From assembly GCA_963795855.1 (NCBI GenBank), contig CAWCIZ010000006.1, positions 32,001-96,000 on the forward strand: 64,000 nucleotides of DNA. Direction: 5' to 3'. Positions 52,266 to 62,186 of this stretch are shown piece by piece. A program made the translations under genes and the position numbers. The notes under the pieces are model-generated. The model saw nothing but the letters and a program-made list of their open reading frames with translations. It did no database searches and was not told the origin of the DNA. Source of the DNA: Vulcanimicrobiota bacterium (lineage in GTDB: Bacteria; Vulcanimicrobiota; Vulcanimicrobiia; Vulcanimicrobiales; Vulcanimicrobiaceae). Position 1 is the stretch's first letter. Each line of letters starts with the position of its first letter.

Positions 52266-53113
52266 TCGGCAGGTCTCCAATCGCGCACGATTGCATCGCT
52301 GACGCTGACTGCATCGCGAGCCTCTTCGACGTCGTGCACGCGCACGATGTCGATTCCCGCGGCAACCGCAAGCGCCGTCGTGGCACTCGTTCCGTGCGTG
52401 CGCTGCGGCGGCTTCTTACCGGTGAGTTTACCGATCGTCGATTTCCGCGAGGTGCCGATGAGCGTTGGAAATCCCAGGGCCGTCAGCCGCGCCAACTCGC
52501 GCAGGACCGTGATGTTGTGCTCCGGCGTTTTTCCGAAGCCGATACCGGGATCGAGAATGACGTGTTCGGCCGCAATCCCCGCGCGCATCGCTCGATGCGC
52601 GGCGTCCTCGAGGAAACGCAGTACCTCATCCATGACGCCGCCTTCGTATTTCGCTTCGCGTTTGTTGTGCATGACGACGACCGGCGCACCGCAGTCGGCC
52701 GCCGCCGCGAGCAGCGCGTCCGGCAGCCCCCACACCGAGTTGAGGATGTCCGCGCCCGCGGCGTGCGCAGCGCGAAACACCTGCGCTTTGTACGTATCGG
52801 CGGAGAGTATCGCATCGGGAAGCATCTCCCGTACGCGCTCGAGCACCGGCACGAGGCGCGCATTTTCGGTTTGCTCGTCGACCGGAACGTGACCCGGCCG
52901 CGTCGATTCCGCACCGATGTCGAGCATGTCGCTCGATCGCCGGTACTGCTCGAGCGCATACGCCGTCGCATCGTCCGGCGAGAGCACGCCGTCGCCGGAA
53001 AACGAATCCGGCGTGACGTTCACGATGCCCATGACGTACGTTCGCTCGCCCCACGGCAATTCTCGCCCGCGGACGCGCAGCGCGCCGCGTTTACCGCGCA
53101 GATCGAGTTGCAA
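52256..53113 (-). CDS. folP: Dihydropteroate synthase
   Basis: MGIVNVTPDSFSGDG, GAESTRPG, DPGIGFGK, SRKS, VRVHDV. Confidence 0.96.
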   Translation of the reverse strand: MQLDLRGKRGALRVRGRELPWGERTYVMGIVNVTPDSFSGDGVLSPDDATAYALEQYRRSSDMLDIGAESTRPGHVPVDEQTENARLVPVLERVREMLPDAILSADTYKAQVFRAAHAAGADILNSVWGLPDALLAAAADCGAPVVVMHNKREAKYEGGVMDEVLRFLEDAAHRAMRAGIAAEHVILDPGIGFGKTPEHNITVLRELARLTALGFPTLIGTSRKSTIGKLTGKKPPQRTHGTSATTALAVAAGIDIVRVHDVEEARDAVSVSDAIVRDWRPAEWT

Positions 53114-54421
53114 CCACGTTCTCCATCCACCACTCGCGTAAATCGGCTACGACGAACGTCGAGCCGGTGACCACGACGACGTCGTCCGACGAAGCGTTGC
53201 GCCGCGCGACGTTGAGCGCTTCGACGGAGTCGCCGATCGCGCGGCCGGAGATTCCCAGCGACTCGGCCAGCGACATCAGCTGCTGCGGCTTAATCGCGGT
53301 GCGTCCTTGCGTTTCAAACGACGTGAAAATGTACGTTGCGGGAAGATCGGCGAACGCGTGCAAAATCTCGTGCGCATTTTTGCTTTGCCCGACTGCGACG
53401 ATTAAGACGAACCGCCGATCCGGAAAAGCGGTTTGCAGCGAGCGCGCCAAGTGCGAGGCTTTGTCGGGATTATGCGCGACGTCGAAAAGCACGCCGGGGT
53501 GCGAAGGGAAGTACTCCATGCGGCCGGCGAGATCGAAGTGTGCGAGTCCGCGTTCGATCGCATCCGTCGAGGGGCGCAGATCGTCGCCGAGTTGTTCGAG
53601 CGCCACGACCGCCGTTGCTGCGTTGCGCTGTTGAAACGTTCCGAGTACCGGCAGTGTGAGCTCGTACGTTTGGACGGGCGTGGTGAGCGCGAACGATTGC
53701 GTCGAACGGCGAGGACGCGCGCTCCTCGAGTTGACGTAACGTCGAGCACGGGAACGAACGGGGCGCCGGCGTCGCGGCAGTGCGCCTCGATCACCCCTCT
53801 CGCACCGGCGTGGTCGGCGGCGCTGACGAGCGGCACGCCGGCGCGCGCTATCCCGGCTTTGTCCGCTGCGATCTCTTCGAGCGTTTCCCCCAGAATCTCG
53901 GTGTGATCGAGACCCACGTTCGTAATGACGCTTACCCGCGGCCGGCGAAGCACGTTCGTGCCGTCCAACTTGCCGCCGATGCCGACCTCGATGACCGCGG
54001 CGTCGACGCGCTCCTGCGCGAAGTACATGAACGCTATTGCAAGCAGCGTTTCATAATACGAAGGCCGCGAGAACGTCTGCGTCACTGTTTCGACGGCGGC
54101 CATCATCGCCTCGAGAATTTCCGCGAAGCGCTCTTCGGAGATCGGCACGCCGTCGATTCGCGCGCGTTCGGTCATCGAGCGAAGGTGCGGTTTTGTATGC
54201 AGACCGGTGCGTTTGCCCGAAGCGGCGAGCGCGGAAGCGATCATCGTACTCGTCGACCCTTTTCCGCTCGTGCCGCCGACGTGCACGGTCGGATACTGCT
54301 CTTGCGGATCGCCGAGTTCGCCCAAAAACGCGCGCATGCGATCCAGACGGTAAGGCTCCCGCCGCGACGCCGTTTCGTTCAGCGTTCCGAGCAAATAGTT
54401 TTGCGCTTGCGTGAAATCCAC
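53091..54421 (-). CDS. folC: Folylpolyglutamate synthase/dihydrofolate synthase (frameshift region near 53700-53730)
   Basis: HVGGTSGKGST, EVGIGGKLDGTN, GLDHTEILG / FQQRNAA, GRME, DVAHNP, VTGS. Confidence 0.92.
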
Positions 54422-54423
54422 GA

Positions 54424-54906
54424 TCAGCCGTGGTCGACCTCGCCCGCGAGCAGTTCGATCGCGTGCGGCAAAACCGGAACGATGACGTCGAGCGCTTCAG
54501 CGACGGCTTTGGGGCTGCCGGGAAGGTTGACGATGAGCGTGCGATGGCGCACCCCCGCCATGCCGCGTGAAAGCATCGCAGTTTGCACGATGCGAAGCGA
54601 TGCGCTGCGAATTGCCTCCGAGATCCCCGGCACTTCGTAATCCAAGATTGCGGCAGTTGCCTGCGGCGTGCGATCGCGGGGGCCGAGCCCGGTTCCTCCG
54701 CTGGTTAGCACGAGCGCCGCGACGCGGCTATCGCAAAGATCGATGAGTTCCGCCTGCAGCGCTCCCGCGTCGTCGGGCAGGACGGTTTCGCGTACGACTT
54801 CGTACTCGGCGCCGAGTTTCTCGCGCATGACCGGGAGACAGGCGTCCGCGCGCCGTCCCGAGGCGGCCCGATCCGAGAGCACGATGAGCGCGACTCTAGC
54901 CCGCAT
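54424..54906 (-). CDS. Molybdopterin adenylyltransferase (MogA/MoaB family)
   Basis: LSDR, LPDD, TSGGTGLGPRDRTPQAT, LSRG, NLPGSPKA. Confidence 0.92.
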   Translation of the reverse strand: MRARVALIVLSDRAASGRRADACLPVMREKLGAEYEVVRETVLPDDAGALQAELIDLCDSRVAALVLTSGGTGLGPRDRTPQATAAILDYEVPGISEAIRSASLRIVQTAMLSRGMAGVRHRTLIVNLPGSPKAVAEALDVIVPVLPHAIELLAGEVDHG

Positions 54907-55366
54907 GCCAGTCTCCACTTTTTCCACCGGTTTTTTCGAGCAGGCGGACCGATTCGATCGCAATTCCTTTTTCGACGGCCTTCGCCATGTCGTAGATGGT
55001 CAAGGCGCTCACCGCAGCCGCGACCATCGCTTCCATCTCGACGCCGGTTTGTGCGACCGTCGATGCGATGGTTTCGATGACCAGCACGTCGCCGTCCCAC
55101 GAAAATCCGACATCGATCTTTGCGAGCGGTATGCCATGGGCCAGAGGAATCAGCGACGGCGTGTTTTTCGCCGCCATGATGCCCGCAATTTGCGCGGCGG
55201 CGAATGCGTCGCCTTTTTGAAGCGTTGCGTTGCGAAGCGCCGATGCGGCAGCGGCACCGAGCCGAATGCGCGCTTGCGCGCGGGCCGTCCGCACAGTCGC
55301 CGCTTTGGCCGAAACGTCGACCATGAAAATGCTGCCGTCGTCGGCGAAGTGTGAGGGTTTCTGCAC
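54896..55366 (-). CDS. moaC: Cyclic pyranopterin monophosphate synthase
   Basis: MVDVSAK, KGD, AGIMAAK, LIPLAH, TGVEMEA, IYDMAKA, EKTGGKSG. Confidence 0.95.
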   Translation of the reverse strand: MQKPSHFADDGSIFMVDVSAKAATVRTARAQARIRLGAAAASALRNATLQKGDAFAAAQIAGIMAAKNTPSLIPLAHGIPLAKIDVGFSWDGDVLVIETIASTVAQTGVEMEAMVAAAVSALTIYDMAKAVEKGIAIESVRLLEKTGGKSGDWHAG

Positions 55367-55391
55367 GATGATAGAAAAACGGGAGCCGTAG

Positions 55392-56577
55392 ATGTCCTTG
55401 TCTGAAGGTACTGGCGGGAGTTCGAGCCCCGAGTCCGTGGCCCTCGGTGAGGTGCTCGCGTTTTTCGGCGCGGTCGCGGATTACGCCGCGGGGCGCGTAC
55501 CCGAAGAAGGTGAACGCGTAACGTCGCTGGCCGTCAACGTCGGACGAATCGCAGGGTTGCCCGAACAAGAACTGAGCGCGCTGTATTTTGCGGCGCGTTT
55601 GCGCAATATGGGAACGCTCGGAAACGACGCGTTCCAAACGGCCAATGCGCTGAGCGAACGGGAAGCCGCCATGCGCGCGTGGGATGTGCCGTCCGACGGA
55701 GCGCGTCTCTGCGAGCGCATTGCAGCGTTGCCCATGGGAACGGCGGACATCGTGCGATGGCAGGCGGAGTGCTGGGACGGCACCGGCTATCCGGATCAGT
55801 TGCGTTGGTCGGGCATTCCGAAAGCAGCGCAAGTGCTGCACATCGCCCGAACCTATGCCGGCGTCACGGATGCCGAAGAAGCGCTTACCGCGATTTCGAT
55901 GGAGAGCGGGCGCAGCTTCGCACCCGAACAAGTGCGTGCGTTCGTGATGTGGTTTCACACGTTCGGCGGTGAAATCGAATCGGTTGCGCCGCCGTATGAT
56001 GCACTGCAAGCCGGCGCTGCTGCAATCGACGGCGTGCTCGACTCGCTCTCCGAGCGCGTCGACGCGCACAATGGTACGCAAGGCCGTGCCGCCCGCATCG
56101 CGCAGCGAAGTGAAGAGCTCGCGCGGCAATGCGGATTCGACGCCGATACGCAGCGACAAGCGAAGCTTCGCCTCGCTGTTTTTCGGCATCGGCGAGTTGC
56201 GTGCGCCGGAACTCGAGTCGGTGCGGTTCGACCCGCTCGCTCGGCTCGGCATCAAAACGCGGGCCGAACATGCGGCAATCGCGTCGCAAATCGCGGCATC
56301 GTGTGCGTATCTCGGCGGCCTTGCGCCGGTGCTGCGCGCGCGTTCGGAGTGGTACGATGGGACGGGGCGACCCGATCGACTCCGCCGCGACGCTATCCCG
56401 GCCGCTTCCCGCGTTCTCGCCGTTTCGATCGCCTATGATGCACTCGAGGAATCTTACCGCAGCCGCATCACGGAAGAACGCGCCCTGCCCATGACGCGGC
56501 TCGAAACGGCTTCCGGTACGCAGTTCGATCCGCAAGTCGTGCGGGCGCTCTCCGAGGTCGTGAAAGCGCGCGCATGA
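55392..56577 (+). CDS. Tandem HD-GYP-like protein with degenerate metal sites (apparent frameshift near 56170)
   Basis: ECWDGTGYPDQL...IPKAAQ and EWYDGTGRPDRL...IPAASRVLAV...SGTQFDPQVV; HD and HH ligands absent. Confidence 0.82.
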
Positions 56578-57489
56578 TCGAGCTGTCGGAACGCACGCGG
56601 CGCATCTGCGCTTCACGCCTTGAAGAGATTCTTCGTGAGTTCGCCTGTACGAGCGTCGTCGATCCCTTCATGGGCGTGCCGACGCACTTGAACTATCTCA
56701 AGCGTCACGGTTTTGCAGTCCATGGCGGCGACCTCGTGGAGTGGTTCGTCCGTGTGGGCGAGGGATTGATCGCCAACGACTTCACCGTCTTACGCGACAG
56801 CGAAGTTGCCGAGATCGTCGAGATGCTGCCCGGCCGAATCTATACCATCGACCTGTTCAAAGCTTGGGAAGGCGTGTTCTTCAGTGAAGAGCAGTGCGTC
56901 TACTTGAGCGTTTGGCACGACAACGTGCGCAATCTGCGCAGCGACGGCCAGACCGGCCTCGCGATTCTCGGATTGTGGAACGTTCTGTGCTACTGGCTGC
57001 AAAAGGCGCACTATCCCGACGACATGCAGGACATCGCGCCGAGCGAATTGGCGTGGAGCTGACATTCGCAAGACGGAACGGTGGGTCGGAACGAATCTGC
57101 GGCACAACACCGTGCGGCAGTCCGACGTCCTGACCACCATCGGTGCGCAAACGGCCGACGCGCTGTTCATCGCGCCTCCGGCACGGAACTCGTTCCGCAG
57201 CGTCGACGCGCGGATCTGGATGTGGGAAGCGTGGTGGCACGGGAATCCGTATCACAACGTCGAGCACGCCTATCGCGATTCGCTGTTCGGCCGGCGCAGC
57301 GGCGATGAAGCCGGCTACGCGCGCGCGATCGCAAGCGTCCTTTCAAACGCGCAGGAGTATCCGGTTGTCGTGCTTCAGACGACGGAGCAGCGGCTGCGGG
57401 AGTTCGAGCCGCACATGCGAAACGCGCGCCCGCACGTTGAAATACGGGCGCTGCATCCGCACGAAGTGTATTTGATCGGAACGAAGTAA
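56574..57489 (+). CDS. Hypothetical protein resembling a degenerate DNA adenine methyltransferase (extra base at ~57061)
   Basis: SVVDPFMG...LKRHG...GGDL...GLIAND in the motif I region; ADALFIAPP where DPPY is expected; removing G57061 joins the two ORFs. Confidence 0.6.
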
Positions 57490-57494
57490 AAAGT

Positions 57495-57692
57495 TTAGCG
57501 CGCGGCGGCCGACTCAGTCGACATCCGCGCCCACACGAAGCACAGAATCGCGATGACCGCAAACAAGATCGTATGCTTCAGGTGACGCGCACCGTTCAGG
57601 CCGATCGCAGGCGCGAAATGCGCGATGCCGGTGGCGGTCAGAATCGCGAGAATCACGAAGATGACGCCGAGTACCACAGCAAGAATTTTCAT
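57495..57692 (-). CDS. Small two-TM membrane protein
   Basis: MKILAVVLGVIFVILAIL...HLKHTILFAVIAILCFVW; ATGA overlap with the uppP stop. Confidence 0.7.
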   Translation of the reverse strand: MKILAVVLGVIFVILAILTATGIAHFAPAIGLNGARHLKHTILFAVIAILCFVWARMSTESAAAR

Positions 57693-58546
57693 CGAATTAC
57701 TCCCATGCGAGCGAGTGCGAGGCAGAGACCCCCGAAGAGTAGGCAGTACCAGCCGAACGGCCGCAAATCGTTCCGTTGAAAATACCGGACGAGGAATGCG
57801 ACGGACAAGTATGCGGCAATTCCGGCAACGATTCCGCCTATCACGGCTTCGAAAAGCACGATATGGCGTCCCGGGCCCATCAAATCCGGTACCTCGAGCA
57901 GCCCGGCGGCCAGAATGACCGGCGTGGCCAGGAGAAACGAATAGTTCGCCGCGTCCTCGTGATTCAGGTTGGCAAGGAGGCCTGCGACCATCGAAACGCC
58001 GGACCTGGAGATCCCCGGAAACAGTGCGAGCGACTGCGCGAACCCCACGCCGACGCTCTGCGCCCAGGTCAACTGCGCGATCTGTTTGTCGCCGCGATGA
58101 TACTGCTTCTTTTGCCGGCGGCGTAAGAATTCGCCGAAGAACATGATGAATGCGTTGAAGATCAGAAACGCGGCCGCCAGTTCCGCACTGCCGAAGAATT
58201 TGCGCACCGGATCTTTGAGGAGCACGCCCAGCAGTCCAACGGGAATGGTTCCGACGACCAGCAGCCACGCCACCTTCTCGTCGGGATCGGCGCCGATCTT
58301 TCCACGCACGATACTTCCGATGAACGCGCGCACGATACGCACCCAGATCTTCCAATAAAACACGACCAGCGCCAGCGCCGTTCCAAGATGTAACACCGTG
58401 ACGAAAGCCAGGAACGTGGGGTCTTCGCGGTTGATGCGCCAATGCAGCAGGGCCGGAATGAGAATCGTCTGTCCCAGACTGCTCACGGGAAAAAGTTCGC
58501 TTACGCCCTGTAAGACCGCGAGCGCGATGGCTTGGCCGAATGTCAC
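57689..58546 (-). CDS. uppP: Undecaprenyl-diphosphate phosphatase
   Basis: QGVSELFPVSSLG, LHLGT, QSLALFPGISRSG, YSFLL. Confidence 0.95.
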   Translation of the reverse strand: MTFGQAIALAVLQGVSELFPVSSLGQTILIPALLHWRINREDPTFLAFVTVLHLGTALALVVFYWKIWVRIVRAFIGSIVRGKIGADPDEKVAWLLVVGTIPVGLLGVLLKDPVRKFFGSAELAAAFLIFNAFIMFFGEFLRRRQKKQYHRGDKQIAQLTWAQSVGVGFAQSLALFPGISRSGVSMVAGLLANLNHEDAANYSFLLATPVILAAGLLEVPDLMGPGRHIVLFEAVIGGIVAGIAAYLSVAFLVRYFQRNDLRPFGWYCLLFGGLCLALARMGVIR

Positions 58547-58620
58547 GGAGCCGAGGTTACGTCACCCGCGAAATTGCTCCTTGGGAGGGATTTTTTCGGC
58601 AGCCTGCTAAGGCGCTTTTC

Positions 58621-59024
58621 GTGGATAACGATTCCGGCGCGCAGCACGCGAAACAGGAGGACGAGCTTTTCGGTCATCACCGAGGGTTCGAGCGCGTCGG
58701 CGACACGCTGCTCGTATCGTACAGTATTTCCGAGGAATTCGCGCCGGAATTCACCGAGGCGTACGACATTGCGGTGGGCGGCATGGCGATGATCACCAAC
58801 GCCGAGCTGCGCAAAGATTCCGCGATCACCGTCCAGCTGGAGTGCGGGGCGACACGCGGCCGATGATTCGCATCGACGGCATCGTGCGCTGGTCACGATT
58901 CGATCCGACGCTCGAGCGCTACAGAACCGGCGTCTCGTTCGTCGATCTGGATGAAAGCACCGAGCGCGACGTCACGCGCTACATCGATACGCTGCGATTG
59001 CTCCGCGACATGGACGTAATTTAA
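58621..59024 (+). CDS. PilZ domain protein (apparent frameshift near 58842)
   Basis: RGFER (RxxxR), DIAVGG (DxSxxG-like), GIVRWSR...YRTGVSF; start approximate. Confidence 0.78.
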
Positions 59025-59063
59025 GCCCTCCGCGCCCCCACGGACGGCGGACGAAGCAACCAG

Positions 59064-59714
59064 TTAAAACGCGACGAACTTCACCGAATACCGGTACGCC
59101 GCAACCACCGCCTTGCATTTCACGAGCGCGGGCGTGTACGTTGCGCCGCGCGCCATTTCCAGTGCGACGGCGTCGAGCCCCGCGTTTCCCGACGACTGCG
59201 CGATCGTCGTACGGACAACGTGTCCGTCCGCGTCGATCTGTACGTCGATCTGCGCAGTACCGCTCGCTTTTGAGGCGCGGACGTCCGGCGGAATGTCGAC
59301 CGGAGCTGCGCTCTCCGAAACGGCGGGCGCGATATCGTGGTCGAGGCATGGCTGCGCTTGCGGCGCGGACGGCGGCGCAGTCGGAACAGGCGTGGCGTGT
59401 GACGGCGCAGCCGTTCCGGAACCCGGCGACGGAACGCGCGCAAGGGAGGGACCCTTCACGGTGTGCGAACTCGTTTTCGGCGGAGCGACCTTCACTTTCG
59501 GCGCCGCACTCGCGCGCGACGTAGGGGCCGGCGTGGGCGGCGGCGGCGTACGCGGGACGATGCGCGCGATCGTCATGCGCCGAACTTTCACCACCTCCGT
59601 TCGATCGGAAGGCGGCGCGAACGGCCAGCGCAGATAGCCGGCCAAGATCAGGTGGAGGATCAGCGAGATCGCGATTGCCGCGATCATGATGTTCCGGGCG
59701 CGCGACGCGCTCAT
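59064..59714 (-). CDS. TonB-family protein
   Basis: SLILH anchor, Pro-rich linker, TonB-C (SSGNAGLDAVALEMARGATYTPA). Confidence 0.85.
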   Translation of the reverse strand: MSASRARNIMIAAIAISLILHLILAGYLRWPFAPPSDRTEVVKVRRMTIARIVPRTPPPPTPAPTSRASAAPKVKVAPPKTSSHTVKGPSLARVPSPGSGTAAPSHATPVPTAPPSAPQAQPCLDHDIAPAVSESAAPVDIPPDVRASKASGTAQIDVQIDADGHVVRTTIAQSSGNAGLDAVALEMARGATYTPALVKCKAVVAAYRYSVKFVAF

Positions 59715-59728
59715 GTTTCAGCGCTTCC

Positions 59729-59772
59729 CAAAAACGCAAGGCGCTCCCTTTCGAGAGCGCCTTGTCTTCTTT
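59729..59772. terminator. Intrinsic terminator, possibly bidirectional
   Basis: CAAGGCGCTC/GAGCGCCTTG 10-bp stem with T-rich runs on both strands; follows the upstream tonB on the minus strand. Confidence 0.65.
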
Positions 59773-59791
59773 ATAAAACGGACGATCCGCT

Positions 59792-60523
59792 TTAGCTGTT
59801 GGGGTCGAACGTTACCTTGAAGTAATACGAACCCACGATCGGCTGACAGTTCACGATCTTCGGCGCGTACGTCGATTGACGCGCCGCGGCGAGTGCCGCC
59901 TGATCGAGCGCCATGTTTCCCGCGCTTTGCGAGATCGTCGCGCTCTGCAAACTGCCGTCCGGAGCGATCGTTACCGTCACCGCGACCTGCACTTCTCCCA
60001 AGCCCAAGTCACGCGCCGAGTCGGGATATTCCGGCTGCGCCTGATTGACGACGGTGGCGTCCTGATACGGCGTCTTGCAGGCGGGCTTCGGCGTTCCCGC
60101 CGGCGCGGTATTCACCGGGTTCGGCGGAGCGCTCGCGACCGTGCCCTGCGGGATGCCTTCTTCCGAACCTTTCGGCGGCGGCACGTACTTCGCTTCGTTG
60201 GAAGTCGTGCTGCTGTGGCTGGTCGTCTTCGGCACGTTGAGTTTGATCACGGTGTGCTGCTGCTGCTGCGGCTGCGGCTTGGGCGGCGGCGTTTGCTTCG
60301 GGGGCGGCGGCGTCGGAGTCGGCGGCGGCGGCGTCGGCGGTTTCACCGTGATTTTCTTGGTGACCGAAACCTTCTCGACCGTCTGCTCTTCCGTGTGCTG
60401 CTTCATGTTCGGCAAAATCGGCGCGAGAAAGAAATGCACGAGAATCGAGATGACGAACGCCCAACCCATGAAGTTGGCGACGCGTTCACCAGTAGTTATG
60501 TAGGGCGAGTTATTGTTCGGCAT
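59792..60523 (-). CDS. tonB: Energy transducer TonB
   Basis: SILVH anchor, Pro-rich linker, PEYPDSAR, SAGNMALDQAAL; directly downstream of exbB-exbD-exbD. Confidence 0.88.
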   Translation of the reverse strand: MPNNNSPYITTGERVANFMGWAFVISILVHFFLAPILPNMKQHTEEQTVEKVSVTKKITVKPPTPPPPTPTPPPPKQTPPPKPQPQQQQHTVIKLNVPKTTSHSSTTSNEAKYVPPPKGSEEGIPQGTVASAPPNPVNTAPAGTPKPACKTPYQDATVVNQAQPEYPDSARDLGLGEVQVAVTVTIAPDGSLQSATISQSAGNMALDQAALAAARQSTYAPKIVNCQPIVGSYYFKVTFDPNS

Positions 60524-60525
60524 CT

Positions 60526-60939
60526 CTACGTTTTGCTTCCCGCGATCTTATTGGCCAAGCCGAACTCGGTGAGATCGACGGATTTCGCCGCGTCCATCAC
60601 GAGCAAGATCGTGCCGTAATCGGCCTTCGGGCTCGCTTTGATGATGACGCTCTTGAACTTGTGATCGGTGTCGCTTTGCAGTTGTGCGAACGCCGCTTTG
60701 GCGTCCCTGATATTGATCTGATTCGAGCCGATCTGAATGTTGTTTTTGTCGTCGATGATGACGACGATCTGAGAAGGCACGACTTTGTCGCGGTTCTTCG
60801 CTAGCGGCAGAGCCGGCTCTTTGGTAACCGAGGCGAGGATGATGAAGATGATCAGAAGGACCAACAGCACGTCCGTGAAGGGCGTGATGTTGATGGTCGA
60901 CATGACTTCTTCTTCGCCTTGACCTGTTGAAACGGCCAC
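60526..60939 (-). CDS. exbD: ExbD/TolR family protein
   Basis: INITPFTDVLLVLLIIF with the essential Asp. Confidence 0.92.
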   Translation of the reverse strand: MAVSTGQGEEEVMSTINITPFTDVLLVLLIIFIILASVTKEPALPLAKNRDKVVPSQIVVIIDDKNNIQIGSNQINIRDAKAAFAQLQSDTDHKFKSVIIKASPKADYGTILLVMDAAKSVDLTEFGLANKIAGSKT

Positions 60940-60958
60940 GGATTACTTCAAACCTCCA

Positions 60959-61369
60959 CTATGAAGTGACGAACCCGACGTCTTCGAGCCCGGCTATTTT
61001 GGCTGCGTCGAGGATTGTGATGATGACGCCGTACGGCGCTTTGCCGTCGGCGGTTATCGACACGTGCTTGTTGCCGCGTTTCGCGCGTTCGGTAAGCATC
61101 ACACCGTAGACGCCGTTTTCGTCGGTCTTCTGGCCGTCGACATAGATCACGCCTTTGTTGTTGACGAGAACTTCGATGTCGTTATGCTGCTTGAGGTTGA
61201 GCGGTTGAGAGTTGTTGTTGTTGGGCAGCTCTTTCTCAAACCCGGGCGGCGTGACCAAAGCCGCCAAGATCATGAAGATGATGAGCAAAACAAGCAGCAC
61301 GTCGGTGAACGGCGTGATGTTGATCTCGGCCATCACCTCTTCGTCTTGCTTTGCGGATAGCAGTCCCAC
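60959..61369 (-). CDS. exbD: ExbD/TolR family protein
   Basis: EINITPFTDVLLVLLIIFM, ITADGKAPYG. Confidence 0.92.
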   Translation of the reverse strand: MGLLSAKQDEEVMAEINITPFTDVLLVLLIIFMILAALVTPPGFEKELPNNNNSQPLNLKQHNDIEVLVNNKGVIYVDGQKTDENGVYGVMLTERAKRGNKHVSITADGKAPYGVIITILDAAKIAGLEDVGFVTS

Positions 61370-61381
61370 TCGGCAGTCCTA

Positions 61382-62041
61382 CTACTTCGACGGCTGGTAC
61401 AGATCGGTGGGGATCGGCGCGCCGGTGTTGTGGAAGTGGAGCATCTCGGCCATCTGGTTGGCGGCGACGATCATCTCTTGATTGTACGACTTGATGCGGG
61501 TCTTGAAGTAGTTGAAGAACACGACCGCGATGACCGCGATGATGAGGCCGGTCGCCGTCGTCACGAGCGCTTCGGACACGCCGGCGGCAACGACCGCGGG
61601 CGTCGAATTGCCTTTGAGTGCGATATCCTGGAACGCGCGGATGATGCCGAGCACGGTGCCGAACAGTCCGACGAACGGGGCGATAACGGCGATGGTGCCG
61701 ACGATGCCCAGGTTGCGCTCGAGCGAGTTCAGGTGCTCCATCAGCGCGATTGAGAGCGCGTCGGTGATATCGGCGCGGTTCTTTTCGCCGCGCTGCAGGC
61801 CGAACTCGAGAATGCGCGGCAGCATGCCGCGCTGGGAGCGGCAGACCTTGACGGCGCCGTCGATATCGTCGCCGGCGATCTTTGCGCCGATCGCCCGAAG
61901 AAGGCCCTTCGTGTCGCCGTGCTGCGTCGCGAAGAACACGAGCCGCTCGATGACAACCGCAAGACCGACGACCGAGATCAACAGCAGCAGCCACATATCC
62001 CAGCCGCCCTGCTGCATTAGACTCATGAAACCGGAAAACAC
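61382..62041 (-). CDS. exbB: MotA/TolQ/ExbB proton channel protein
   Basis: GG..MW, APFVGLFGTVLGII, GVSEALVTTATGL. Confidence 0.93.
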   Translation of the reverse strand: MFSGFMSLMQQGGWDMWLLLLISVVGLAVVIERLVFFATQHGDTKGLLRAIGAKIAGDDIDGAVKVCRSQRGMLPRILEFGLQRGEKNRADITDALSIALMEHLNSLERNLGIVGTIAVIAPFVGLFGTVLGIIRAFQDIALKGNSTPAVVAAGVSEALVTTATGLIIAVIAVVFFNYFKTRIKSYNQEMIVAANQMAEMLHFHNTGAPIPTDLYQPSK

Positions 62042-62186
62042 TATTTTTTCGACCCCTCCCGTTTTGCGGGAACGTAGTGTGCGCTAGACAGTAGAAAAGA
62101 ACCGGGGGCCACCCCCCGTTTCCGTGAAGGCGGCCATTGGCCCACCTCCGCGAAAAGTCCTCGTTAAGTTCTCGGCGTCCGCCGCA

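Noticed and set aside
56574..57489. Active restriction-modification system
   Set aside because: No DPPY/NPPY motif, altered SAM-binding motif, and no endonuclease or specificity subunit nearby.
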